Assembly (NCBI GenBank): GCA_002269645.1
Contig: NIVC01002858.1
Coordinates: forward strand, 70,729 to 134,728
Reading direction: 5' to 3'
DNA length: 64,000 nucleotides
Origin: Macrostomum lignano
Lineage: Eukaryota
The translations under genes and the position numbers were made by a program. Of this stretch, positions 1 through 46,559 are shown one piece after another. Below the pieces are notes generated by a model. That model did not search any database, was not told the origin of the DNA, and saw nothing but the letters and a program-made list of their open reading frames with translations. Every line of letters begins with the position of its first letter. The first letter of the stretch is position 1.

Positions 1-91
1 ACAGCTTACTTAGTTACAAAGGCTACAGTTAACTACAGATAAGCATAGAGAAGTTCGCCACAAACTTGATTGGTCGATTGGTGCATATTTA

Positions 92-34131
<34,040 letters not shown>

Positions 34132-35635
34132 TCTGTAACAACTTTAAAGTTAAGCTGCTTACAACTTTGCAATGCTTCTATTCATGCAATGTTTATAGTG
34201 GTTCACACCTTTTCGAACTGAATAAACGAAAATAAAATTGATGAATTGGCAAAAAAAGAAAAAAATAATTAGTTTAAATACCCTATAATTTTAGCTCATT
34301 AAGCAACACAAGATTACAAGAGTGTTACAACAGTACAGCTATAACTAATTTTTTTCACAGTGATTTTTTGAATTAATTATTATTATAAATTATTAAAAGA
34401 CTAATGCTAAATATGAGTCGATCATCAAGATACAGACCTTATCTTTTGTCATATCAATATATTTTTAATATATTTTTTACATTGCATTAATAAATGTTGC
34501 TTTAAGCTGTGGACTTGCTGTCAGATACGATATAAGTACTCCATCGTAGCACACATTATATTCAATACTTGCTAGCCTAAGAACTTCACTAAGCATCCTT
34601 ACCCTATGACTGAGACAGAAAGTCAACATATATCAATATAACAACAATTTTGAATTAACTAATCAAATAAATATCTTTATAAGCTTAATGCAGTGACGGC
34701 GCAGCACCTCCGATTAGGGGCGGGGGCGGTGGTGGGGTGGTCACTCCCTCCCCCAGCGAATTTTTAGAATTAGAGCATGCAGCGCATTACGCTAAAATCT
34801 CACAAAAACATAACGAGCTAGTACTAAACATTTATGGGGGTCACTCCACGAGGGATGGCGGATGGGAGGGTGGTCAACCGGGGGGAGCAGCCCCCTCTGC
34901 CCCCGCGTGCGCCGCCACTGGCTTCATGTATTGCTCTGATTCTCAATTTACGCATCCAGATAGAGTAAAAAGTAAATCCACACAAATTTAAACTTTTTTA
35001 GCAGACTGAGCCAACAAAAAAGCGAGTTTTCAAAGGCTGATAAATTAAAATATGCCAAATTTATGATTCTGTATGTTTGATGCACCACACGGTTAGAAAC
35101 CTAAGGCTCATAAAATTTTTGTAGCTTTGATTTATTGGCTAATAAGTTTGCTGCAACTGAATCCTCTTTGAAGCCATTTATGAATCGACCAAAAAATAAT
35201 GGTACGAAAATCATAAAGTTAAACAGTGCGCTTTACTCTTTACATAGGAGCAACAAGTAAAACAATGTATGCTATAACGACGGGTATTTCAGTAAAGAAA
35301 ACAAATGACTAAAGTTTTTCTTGTACATAATGTTTTTATTTTTAAAATAATTAAGGATTGGGCACTTTTATTAGTAAAAAAATAGCGTCGGCAAATATAT
35401 TTGTCTTTGAATATTTCGATTTGGATTGAGATTCCCTGAAAGTTAGTAGTTGAAACTTAAAACTATAACCGTACAAAATAGTCATTCACTTAGCTAGACT
35501 GTTGAGTATTTCCTCTAGTTTTTGCTTATTTGAGTATTTAATATCATTGTTTACTATTTTACTTCAATAATTTGACTTTAAAGCCTTTGACTTATCTGTA
35601 ACTAAATCTGAATTCTTACTAATATTCAGCAGACA
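34132..35635. promoter_or_regulatory. Putative bidirectional promoter region between DNHD1 (-) and SSNA1 (+)
   Basis: Divergent ATGs 1.5 kb apart; AT-rich with no satellite. No unambiguous X-box was found by eye. Confidence 0.55.
34691..34920. mobile_element. hAT-like MITE, 230 bp
   Basis: 13-bp TIRs CAGTGACGGCGCA / TGCGCCGCCACTG (1 mismatch). 8-bp flanks GCTTAATG and GCTTCATG (7/8) fit a hAT target-site duplication. Confidence 0.75.
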
Positions 35636-38032
35636 ATGACACAACAAGGCGCTGCGCTTCAGGGGTATAACAACGAGCTTGTTAAATGTAAGTGATACTA
35701 GACTGAACTTTAATAAGACCATACTGTGTGTTTGGTCGTATTTTGTGAGTTGAGATATAGTCATTAGCAAAATAGTAATATATGCATCATGCATGTATGG
35801 TTTACATAAAAGTATAATATTTAATATGCAGTATTCAGTAAGAATCTATTCCATAATTTTTGTTACCTTTTTTATCCCTGGCTGTTTCTATTATTCTGTA
35901 TTAGACATTTGATATATGCACAAAGTCATTTTAGTAACATGCTTTCACTGCAGTGGTGTAACTAGTTACTAGTGGTGGGAGTTAGTTGCCCCCTTAAGGC
36001 CTTAGCCAAAAGCCTGAAAAATCACAGGGGTGATCAAGCACATCTTTACCAAAATACAGAGCCATCACCTAGCTGCACCACTGCTTCACTAAGCAAGCAG
36101 TTTAAAAATTGTAGGCCCACTTAAGGGATAAGCACACAAAACACATATGCTGCTTCATGACAATATAGATTCTCATATAGCTAGAAATTTAATAGGGCTA
36201 TTGGAGAACTATAGCTGAGAAATATTGCTATACCTAGTGTGACGGTGTCAAATTCATTCAAATACTTTATGAATTATTCGAGCATAACATTTGTGATTTT
36301 TTAATTTAATATTGATTAATTAACCTGATATATTCAAATCTAATGTAATCAATACTTAAGTTTGTTTTAATTATATCTCAAAATGAATTATTTTAAAGTG
36401 TATTAATTGTGTCTATTTTTGGCTGCATTTTCCTGTGTATGCTCTAGCATGGTCTTTTGACCAATCAAACTCAATCTATTATATGCTAGACTGAAGGCCC
36501 TTCATTATATATTGCAGTTGACTATTATAGAACTACTGCCCCTTTGGATTGTAAACCGGCTGTCAATTTAATAAAAATAAACTATACATTTTCAGCTAAA
36601 ACTTAAATAAAACATACTTTATGACTACTGCTTGCTCTGTCACATTTAATAGAGGTCCTATATTCTTCTGATACTATTATAAGTCCCTGCAACTTTTATC
36701 TTTTCCCTAAGTTAAAAAATCTAAATGTAAGCCATTGCTGTTACTGCATGAATGAGCTTTTCAGCACAATTATTCAAGTGTTGTTCAACAGCTGTGTGAT
36801 TCTAGAACTACTATAAGGTTACTGAATGGACTTTTGGGTTGCCCCTCATAGTATATTGTAATATACCTTTAGTATATATTTCATCTTTGACTATCTAGAT
36901 CCTGTTTCTTATTTATATTTTTCAGCATTGTCTTTAATATCTATATCTTCATTATTCCCTTTCTAATTAACAAACTCATTGAACTAGAATGAGCTAGATT
37001 TGCAAAAATTAGTCAACTTCATGCAGGTAGATGAGGTCCAACACAAACACAGTTGCTCATATATAAGTTTTGCTCCTTATTTATAGTTAATTCTTGTATG
37101 TATTTAAAAAATAAAATTATAAAGAAATGATTAAAAAGCAATTCTTATTTTCCAAGTTCAAATTTCAAAATTAATGATGTTTATAAAAAAATATTGAAAT
37201 ATTTCTACACAAATACTATTTCATTTAACCATTCAAAAGTGTCAAAAGCTATTTAAAAAAACAAATTTTTTATATATTTTTTATTGAAGAATGTCAATCA
37301 ACTGAAAGTCTTATTATTGCAAATTAAAAATTTTAAAGAAATATAGACATGTTCATATCATATTTATTTATTCTATTAGTTTTAAATTTTAATTAAGCTT
37401 CTAATCTTTGATATATATAGTGTATACCAATAGAATTTCTTTTCTATAAAATAACTACAAAGGTTAATTAGATCTAGTCAAATCTCAAAAAATGTTTACT
37501 GTGGTAAATTTTTTCAGTTTAGATGCCATTTTAAACAACACAAGAAGCTAAGAGCTTTAGTCGAAAGTCATTATGTCCCAATATATTTTATAGTAATCAT
37601 AGATGATATACTTGCGAATACTTGTTCATATTAAGGCATTTATTTGTTATTATACCTAGAAAGTTCTTGGACTGTTGTCAAGTGATTTAACAATAATTTA
37701 TTGAACCCATCTCAGGCATTGAGGAACTGTGCTCCAGACGGGACCTGCTACAAAAAGAGATTGACAAGGAGGAGGCCGAGAAGACAAAACTTCAGCGCGA
37801 TCTCAAATTGTTGAGCGACGAGTTGGCCAAAGTGAACGAAAGCCTGAGCAAGAAACTCGCCCACAGGGCTCAATACGATCGGACCATAGCTGAGACTGAG
37901 GCTGCCTACAGTAAGATTCTGGAGAGCTCGCAGACTCTGCTCACCCTGGTGAAACGGGAGGGCCAGGCACTCGGGCCCACCGCGGCTGCTGGCGGTGCTG
38001 CTGGCGGCAACAGCCGAGCCAATCGGGACTGA
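35636..38032 (+). CDS. SSNA1: SSNA1/NA14 (DIP13 family) microtubule/centriole coiled-coil protein, 122 aa; exons 35636-35687 and 37716-38032
   Basis: Spliced protein [17 protein letters not shown]|[16 protein letters not shown]...[29 protein letters not shown] is nearly identical at both ends to human SSNA1 as recalled. Phase-1 GT-AG intron. Confidence 0.96.
35951..36083. mobile_element. hAT-like MITE, 133 bp, in the SSNA1 intron
   Basis: TIRs CAGTGGTGTAACTAG / CTAGCTGCACCACTG (13/15). Flanks TTTCACTG and CTTCACTA (6/8). Confidence 0.6.
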
Positions 38033-38514
38033 CTTCGCAAAAAAATTTAACAATTTTTCCTGACAGCGATAGGAATTTCAACCTGACTGCTTGTTGCTAA
38101 CTACTGTTAGTAGCCTGATTTGAAAATAATAATTTTATTTTACTATAAATGATTCGCTTCATTTTTATGCGTAAGTTTTTATCTGACGGGGCTGTCTTTA
38201 TTATTGGACATAAAATGAAATTTAACTTTGAAATGTCTGGCTTATAATCACTCTGCTTGTGTGCCCGTTTTCTACTTTCAGTAGGTAAATCCGCTCAGTG
38301 ATGAATTAGCTTCGAAAATTTAATAATTAAAATAAACCATAAATTACGTTAAATGAAATTTTTTTATTCAACTAAAGTATGTGTTACTCTGTGTAGTTTT
38401 CTGGCTGTAATTTATAATTACATGTTGATTTGAAATTTTTACTGACAGCCCAGCTTAGCTCTGTATAGCTCTCCAGTGTCTTAGGAATAGTGCAGAGCCT
38501 TCAGCAGTAGATTA

Positions 38515-40088
38515 TCCATGAATCACCCCTGAACCACCTGAGAGAATGACTCCTGAACCACCTGAGAGAATGACCCCTAAACCACCTGAGAGTATCACCC
38601 CTGAACCACCTGAAAGAATGACTCCTAAACCACCTGAGAGAATCACCCCTGAACCACCTGAGAGAAGCACCATTGAACCGCCTGAGAGAACCCCCCTAAA
38701 CCACCTGAGAGAATCACTCCTGAACCACCTGAGAGTATCACCCCTGAACCACCTGAGAGAATGAATCCTGAACCACCTGAGAGAATGACTCCTAAACCAC
38801 CTGAGAGAATGACTCCTGAACCACCTGAGAGAATGACTCCTAAACCACCTGAGAGAATGACTCCTGAACCACCTGAGAGAATGACTCCTAAACCACCTGA
38901 GAGAATGACTCCTAAGCCACCTGAGAGAATGACCCCTGAACCACCTGAGAGAATCACCCCTAAACCACCTGAGAGAATCACCCCTAAACCACCTGAGAGA
39001 ATCCCCCCTAAACCACCCGAGAGAATGAATCCTGAATAAACTGAGAAAACACGCCTGAACCACCTGAGAGAATCACCCCTAAACCACCTGAGAGAATCAC
39101 CCCTAAACCACCTGAGAGAATCCCCCCTAAACCACCCGAGAGAATGAATCCTGAATAAACTGAGAAAACACACCTGAACCACCTAATAGAATCACGCCTG
39201 AACCACCTGAGAGAATGACCCCTGAACCACCTGAGAGAATGACCCCTAAGCCACCTGAGAGAATGACCCCTAAGCCACCTGAGAGAATGACCCCTAAGCC
39301 ACCTGAGAGAATGACCCCTAAGCCACCTGAGAGAATGACCCCTAAGCCACCTGAGAGAATGACCCCTAAGCCACCTGAGAGAATGACCCCTAAGCCACCT
39401 GAGAGAATGACCCCTAAGCCACCTGAGAGAATGACCCCTAAGCCACCTGAGAGAATGACCCCTAAGCCACCTGAGAGAATGATCCCTAAGCCACCTGAGA
39501 GAATGACCCCTAAGCCACCTGAGAGAATGACCCCTAAGCCACCTGAGAGAATGACCCCTAAGCCACCTGAGAGAATGACCCCTAAGCCACCTGAGAGAAT
39601 GACCCCTAAGCCACCTGAGAGAATGACCCCTAAGCCACCTGAGAGAATGACCCCTAAGCCACCTGAGAGAATCACCCCTAAGCCACCTGAGAGAATGACC
39701 CCTAAGCCACCTGAGAGAATGACCCCTAAGCCACCTGAGAGAATGACTCGTAAACCACCTGAGAGAATGACTCCTGAACCACCTGAGAGAATGACTCCTA
39801 AACCACCTGAGAGAATGACCCCTGAACCACCTGAGAGAATCACCCCTGAACCACCTGAGAGAAGCACCATTGAACCGCCTGAGAGAACCCCCCTAAACCA
39901 CCTGAGAGAATCACCCCTGAACCACCTGAGAGAATCACCCTGAACCACCTGAGAGAATCACCCCTAAACCATCTGAGAGAAACCCCCCTAAACCACCCGA
40001 GAGAATGAATCCTGAATAAACTGAGAAAACACACCTGAACCACCTAATAGAATCACGCCTGAACCACCTGAGAGAATGACTCCTGAAC
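38515..40088. repeat. 24-bp minisatellite (GAA/TAAG)CCACCTGAGAGAATGACCCCT
   Basis: Between SSNA1 and UBXN10; homogeneous core with variant flanking blocks. Confidence 0.97.
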
Positions 40089-40208
40089 TGAGTCAGTTCT
40101 GCTGACTCAACAATTAGAAAGCGATTTCTACAACATAACATTTCTGCTTGTAAAGTTTCGAGCTTTTAAAAGCGACCCAGAAGAAATTGTCACAAAGTTT
40201 TTGATGCG

Positions 40209-40859
40209 ATGTCGGCCGCTTCCCGCGATTTGCAGCTGCGAAGCGGACAGGCCAGTCGGACCTCAGCCTTGGCGATGCAGTCTCTTCCCAATAGGTTCGA
40301 TCGCTTCGGCATTATTCCCATTGCGGCGCCAAAGAAGCCGTCCAGACCGCGGGTTCCTCAACCGTCCCACCCGTCGCCCAGAGCCGCCCCGACCTCGCCT
40401 CTGCCACTGGCTCAGCCGGTGAGGCGACGGTCCAGCTTGGACCAGTCGCGGCCTGAACGACCTTTGTCGGCTCAAAAGTACAATGTACTGCCGGATATTG
40501 CGCAACAGAAAGAACAAAACATTCATAGAGAGCAGCACCCAACATCGCACGAAAAACAAGCGCAGAAACAATTAGCTAGCAAGCAAGAGCAGTTGCTTTA
40601 CCTGGCGATTCGAACTCCAGACGGTGCGCGTCGTCAGTGCAGCTATTCGTCCGACACGCAGCTGGGCGTCCTCTGTCGGGACGTGCGCAGCGGCGAGAGA
40701 GCTGACTCTGCAAAGCTGAGCTTGAGTAGCGAACCGCTGGAGGTTGTGTCACCAGCGGACAGGGTCACATTTGGTGAAGCTGACATGACAAAGACTTTGC
40801 AACAATTGGGCATTACCGATCGCTCATTGTTGGTTCTGCAGCGGACCGCGTTTGACTAA
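40209..40859 (+). CDS. UBXN10: UBX-domain protein 10-like (p97/VCP adaptor, ciliogenesis), single coding exon, 216 aa
   Basis: Pro/Ser-rich N-terminus, KYNVLPDI motif (compare KYPVLPSI), C-terminal UBX fold LYLAIRTPDGARR...DMTKTLQQLGITDRSLL. Confidence 0.78.
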   Translation: MSAASRDLQLRSGQASRTSALAMQSLPNRFDRFGIIPIAAPKKPSRPRVPQPSHPSPRAAPTSPLPLAQPVRRRSSLDQSRPERPLSAQKYNVLPDIAQQKEQNIHREQHPTSHEKQAQKQLASKQEQLLYLAIRTPDGARRQCSYSSDTQLGVLCRDVRSGERADSAKLSLSSEPLEVVSPADRVTFGEADMTKTLQQLGITDRSLLVLQRTAFD

Positions 40860-42030
40860 ATCCAAACACCGTCTCCACTCCTCTGCTGTGAGTGACCTCT
40901 GCAGTCAGCTGATCCAATCCAAACACCGTCTCCACTCCTCTCTGCTGTGAGTGACCTCTGCAGTCAGCTGATCCAATCCAAACACCGTCTCCACTCCTCT
41001 CTGCTGTGAGTGACCTCTGCAGTCAGCTGATCCAATCCAAACACCGTCTCCACTCCTCTGCTGTGAGTGACCTCTGCAGTCAGCTGATCCAATCCAAACA
41101 CCGTCTCCACTCCTCTGCTGTGAGTGACCTCTGCAGTCAGCTGATCCAATCCAAACACCGTCTCCACTCCTCTCTGCTGTGAGTGACCTCTGCAGTCAGC
41201 TGATCCAATCCAAACACCGTCTCCACTCCTCTCTGCTGTGAGTGACCTCTGCAGTCAGCTGATCCAATCCAAACACCGTCTCCACTCCTCTCTGCTGTGA
41301 GTGACCTCTGCAGTCAGCTGATCCAATCCAAACACCGTCTCCACTCCTCTCTGCTGTGAGTGACCTCTGCAGTCAGCTGATCCAATCCAAACACCGTCTC
41401 CACTCCTCTCTGCTGTGAGTGACCTCTGCAGTCAGCTGATCCAATCCAAACACCGTCTCCACTCCTCTGCTGTGAGTGACCTCTGCAGTCAGCTGATCCA
41501 ATCCAAACACCGTCTCCACTCCTCTCTGCTGTGAGTGACCTCTGCAGTCAGCTGATCCAATCCAAACACCGTCTCCACTCCTCTCTGCTGTGAGTGACCT
41601 CTGCAGTCAGCTGATCCAATCCAAACACCGTCTCCACTCCTCTCTGCTGTGAGTGACCTCTGCAGTCAGCTGATCCAATCCAAACACCGTCTCCACTCCT
41701 CTCTGCTGTGAGTGACCTCTGCAGTCAGCTGATCCAATCCAAACACCGTCTCCACTCCTCTCTGCTGTGAGTGACCTCTGCAGTCAGCTGATCCAATCCA
41801 AACACCGTCTCCACTCCTCTGCTGTGAGTGACCTCTGCAGTCAGCTGATCCAATCCAAACACCGTCTCCACTCCTCTCTGCTGTGAGTGACCTCTGCAGT
41901 CAGCTGATCCAATCCAAACACCGTCTCCACTCCTCTCTGCTGTGAGTGACCTCTGCAGTCAGCTGATCCAATCCAAACACCGTCTCCACTCCTCTGCTGT
42001 GAGTGACCTCTGCAGTCAGCTGATCCAATC
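40860..42030. repeat. 57/59-bp minisatellite, about 20 copies, starting at the UBXN10 stop codon
   Basis: ATCCAATCCAAACACCGTCTCCACTCCT(CT)CTGCTGTGAGTGACCTCTGCAGTCAGCTG. Confidence 0.98.
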
Positions 42031-43247
42031 GACCTCATCAGAAACCCACTGTAGTCCCAGAAAAATATTTTTGAATGAACTTTGAACAAAACACAATCTA
42101 CTGTATTGCTTCACTACATCTTCTAATGCTGTCACCCTTCCTAAAAAATATAGAGCTTGTGACTGTTTGCTAACGAAATTGCTAGCAAATAATTTCACGG
42201 GCTGAAAGCAGTTTTGTGTTTATAAGTCCAAACTGAAATGACACAAGTGCCTTTTGTTCGGACGTTATATTTGTAGTTTTGTATTTCAGTTGGTTGACGA
42301 ATTTTATTCAATTCATTGTTGTTGTTCTTAGATTCTATTTTTTTGAAATTTGCTTTGTAGAAAATTACACGATAAAATCAATGCAGAAATTCGAGTTGGA
42401 ATGCATAAAAGTTGTATTTTTAGTTGAAAAAAACAAAAACATATTGCAAATAACAAAAAGCGTTCTTAAATACCAGGATTTTTTCACAGCATTTTTAACA
42501 TTTTTTTATTTAAGTTTAGTCTAAGCTGAATGAGTTGAAAGTGTTATAACTGGAAAGTTGAAAAATATATACGAGTGGTGTTCCATAATTATTTTCCGTT
42601 TTGAGTATAGCTCAGACTGTAGAGGTCAGATTGCATTGGACTTTTATCTATGCTTTTGACACCAAAGTGACATCAAAGTGTGAAGCCAGCTCTGCGCTAA
42701 CAGAGTTTATGCCATAGACATCTGCCCTCGGTTTACAAAAATCAAAGTCTGCAAAAAACTGAATTTTGTGTTGGCGTTAAAAGTGCAAGAAGAAGAAGCT
42801 TCTCTCATAATCTTAACGTACTTTTAAAGAAACTCGACTGCCCAAAAGGTTTGCAGCATATCAGCAACTTTTGCTGTCTCTGTTGACGTCTGTCTTTTTG
42901 ATTTCCGGTCACAATGGCACTGCAGAGTTTGTCATTTCAGACGCTTTCACTGTAAAAGTATGGAATTTTGCGCAGAGTAGATATTCTCTAATGATGCTGG
43001 TGTCAAAAGAAGCACACAAAAAAGCTCCAGAATCAGACCTCTGCAGCATGAGCTACTCAGTGTTAAATACTTAAAAAGGAAAATACTTACGGAACACCCC
43101 TCGTATCACACAGGGTCCGAATTTGGCTCAGTAGATGTTGACTTCACAGCCTCGTTTCCTGCAAATTACAGGGTTATACACGCAATGTTTATAAGATTTA
43201 TGATCGTGTTTGCTTTGCGTCAGCTTTGAATATCTCACCTTCTTGAC

Positions 43248-43662
43248 TTGGGAGAAGTGGGTTGCTACAGGTGGAGATGACGGGATGCTCAAGCCATAGG
43301 AGAAGTGTTTTGCTACAGGTGGAGATGACGGCATGCTCAATCCATAGGAGAAGTGGGTTGCTACAGGTGGAGATGACGGGATGCTCAAGCCATGGGAGAA
43401 GTGGGTTGCTACAGGTGGAGATGACGGCATGCTCAATCCATAGGAGAAGTGGGTTGCTACAGGTGGAGATGACGGGATGCTCAAGCCATGGGAGAAGTGG
43501 ATTGCTACAGGCGGAGATGACGGGATGCTCAAGCCATGGGAGAAGTGGGTTGCTACAGGCGGAGATGACGGGATGCTCAAGCCATGGGAGAAGTGGGTTT
43601 CTACGGATGGAGATGACGGGATGCTCAAGCCATGGGAGAAGTGGATTGCTACAGGCGGAGAT
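43248..43662. repeat. 48-bp minisatellite whose unit translates to a WD40-like hairpin (WEKWVATGGDDGMLKP)
   Basis: About 8.5 copies; some units carry TAG in that frame. Confidence 0.95.
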
Positions 43663-44270
43663 GTTTCAGCTGTTTTAATCGTTCAGTAAATTTGTTGGAA
43701 AAATATTTCTCAGCTATTATTGGGACGAGCAAAGCATCTGGGGAGCATGCAATCCCTTCTTGCCTGTCTCCTTGTGTCTTTGATTTCGCAAAGCTTTCAA
43801 GCTTGCAGGCGTTGAGAATTTTGCACCTGCGACCAAATTATTTTGCTGATGATTTTGCTCAATCTTCTGCAAGGCTTTACAGAAAATAGTGACTTTACTG
43901 TCAGATGGGACTGCTCATTGCTAAGGTTATGCTTTCAACTCGTGTAGACCAGCGGCCCTGGCTGGAATCCTGGCGCACACAGTGCAGTGTACATGACTAA
44001 CGATAAATGAAACCCGGGCCGCCGTACACTCCTGTGAGTGTGTGCCTGTAGGTATGACTGTGTACGTATCTGCACGCTTGTTTGCCTGCTCAGAGGAGTC
44101 GGCGGAATGGGCAGCAATGCCTCTCGCCGGTTGTGCGACAATGTCGCTTAAAGTGCGCCAGAGTCTCAGCCTCAGCATGTTTCATTTGTCATTTAAAAAT
44201 CACCGAGACTTCGCTGTGAAAAATTGAGGAACCAGACGCGAACCCACTTGCACTGCTGGGCAGTTGGCTG

Positions 44271-44886
44271 TCAGCGAACTTTCCTGGCGACCATTGGCAG
44301 GATTGATGGATGCCGTACATTCCAGCAGCTGGTTTCGTCTGGTGCACCGCCGGCCCCCGCTGAGCTGGCGGTCGCTTCTGACCGTCGGCGTTGATGCTGG
44401 AAATGTCTACGCGCCGCATCCGTTTCGTCAGCAGCCTGGCGTACCGCCGTCATCAGGGCGGCCAAGTTACGCCACAGCCGTCTGCGTCGGCGAATACGCA
44501 GGCAGCGGCGCAGACAGGTGCCAAAGAGCAGCGCCAGTCCGATTGGTGCCAGCAAGAGGGCGCTGATGGCCACCCGACTCAGCGTGCGGCTCAGCGCTTT
44601 GGACCAGAAATTCGTTTCCAGATCTGAAATATTAAATACATGTCGCTAAGTTTATAATTCGGCTTAACTATTCCAACTAAGCGTAGTTCTTTTCAAACGC
44701 ATTTACTTGGTGTACGATGTCTTTATCGAGCCAGACATTTTCAATAGTCTGACATTCTCTACACAACATGCTTTCTAGATGCATTCTAGTGAAACAGCTT
44801 TTAATTTTGGGCATTTAGACTTTTTACACTCCCTGCTCTAATTGATCAAACAAACCGCAGACAACCTACGTCGACTTACCTGACAT
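44271..44886 (-). CDS. Small orphan single-pass membrane protein, about 119 aa; exons 44880-44886 and 44271-44623
   Basis: ATG TCA G|gtaagt ... tttcag|AT CTG joins in frame (360 nt). Hydrophobic VAISALLLAPIGLALLFGTCL is followed by the basic stretch RRCLRIRRRRR. GC-rich coding-like island in AT-rich surroundings. Confidence 0.5.
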
Positions 44887-46559
44887 TTTCAAGGTGATTT
44901 TTGTCAACAGATCCAGTTTTTCTTGTCAGGCAAACAGCTCAAAACCGACACCCAGGCCATTTTAAAGACATTGTAAGACATATTTTGAACAACCAATCAT
45001 CTTAGACATAGAAAAAGTGTTTAGTTTTATTATTTCTGAATTTGACTGTCTACTTTCAGTAGAACACCGGCAGTTTGGTGCTGTTTTTGGATAGATTGAT
45101 AGATCTCCCGAATCTGTGCATTCAATAGTGTGTAGTGCATGCGCCCTTGTCAGTTGGCAGGGCGCGTTGCACTTTGGGGCTGGTTGGGGGGGTTGGCGGG
45201 CGTGGCAGGGTATGGCCGCCGGCCGGGCTTTGCGCGTGCCCCTCCCCAGCCGTGCCCCTGCCCCGTGCTCAGGGCTGGTTGGCTGCGGCCGGGCCAGCTT
45301 TGGCGCGGGTGCAGCCCCTCCCCCCTTAGGCGGGGTTTTGATTGGCTGGGCCGGCGTGGTTTGTTTTGGTGAGCTTAGCCGGTGGGGCCATCGGCCCCAG
45401 GGTTTGGGTATTATTTAATGCGGCTCTAGGCCTTGCTCACGCCCTTCTCTCTGTTTCTCGGTTTCTCTGTTTCTCTGTTAGTCCTGTTTGTGCTATTTTG
45501 TGTTTTGTGTGCTCCGTGGTTGCAAGCGTGAGACTTTGCTTAAGTAAGAAACAGCGACATTAGCTACCTACGATAAAACAAACCCGAGAGCTCAATTGAG
45601 AAGTTAGTCTTTAAAAAGAATCTTGGAGAATTGAGAAGAAGTTAGAAGCCGCGTTTGACACCTACGAGCCAATCAACAAACGTGCGAACCTGCGAACCTG
45701 CGCTTGAGACCTACGAGCAATAAACGGTGAACAGTCATTTGGCCACTGGTAAGCCGCCGGCTGTTTGAGTCCTTTCTTTTCGGGAAGCTTGCTAGGCTGA
45801 GTTCTTGCCAGAGCGTCATAACGCCGGGAGATCATATAGCTTTTGTAGTACTGTACCGTTTACCCTATATATTGCGTACACCCTACGGTATAGAGACTAG
45901 AAGCACTCGAGAGTGTCACCACATCTCGAGCCGCAGCGTGAACTCTGAGTGTCACAACACCAGAGGGATCGAACTATTATCGCAGAGCGTCGTCACGCCT
46001 GCTCGTCGTATTCATAAAAGTACAGACAGAGCGTCACAACGCCTGTTATATCACATATAATATATATTGTACTCGGGACTGGGCACCCAAACCGACCCGG
46101 GTTACAACAAGTGTACTAACGAGTGCCTGCTTAAGATACTCAAGCAGAGTCTGGCTGCTAACTCTAATAGAGTTGAGCGTCACATGCAACAGCAGCTTAC
46201 ACAGGTTCTGTAACCCGCCTATATTCACGCAGGGTGTGGACGAATAACCTGTGAGAATTAGGCTCAAGTAAAAGCTCAACAGCTGCAGAGTTTAACATTT
46301 CGCGCTAATTGTCGAACCATCAGTCACTTGTACTTTTATTTTATCACTGCTTGCACTCAGACTCAGAGGAAGGGTCAGAGACTATAAAGCAAGCATGCAC
46401 TGTACATGCAGGGACGAACTGCAGCGTCTATGGCTAAACACTTCTGCTGCATAAAAAGACGCGAGGCTCGACTGCGGCTCCCAGCTCAACTTTTGACAAA
46501 CCAAGGACCCATTCAATACTTAATAAAGAAGTTCGATATAGCAAAATAAATCCTGCATC

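Noticed and set aside
38512-40141. PKPPERMT and GLGVILSG repeat ORFs
   Set aside because: A 24-bp satellite open on both strands, with no signal peptide, unique flanks or splice support.
40860-42030. CRISPR-like regular array (also the 41-bp arrays at 48-52 kb)
   Set aside because: Units are head-to-tail with no unique spacers, there are no cas genes, and the context is eukaryotic.
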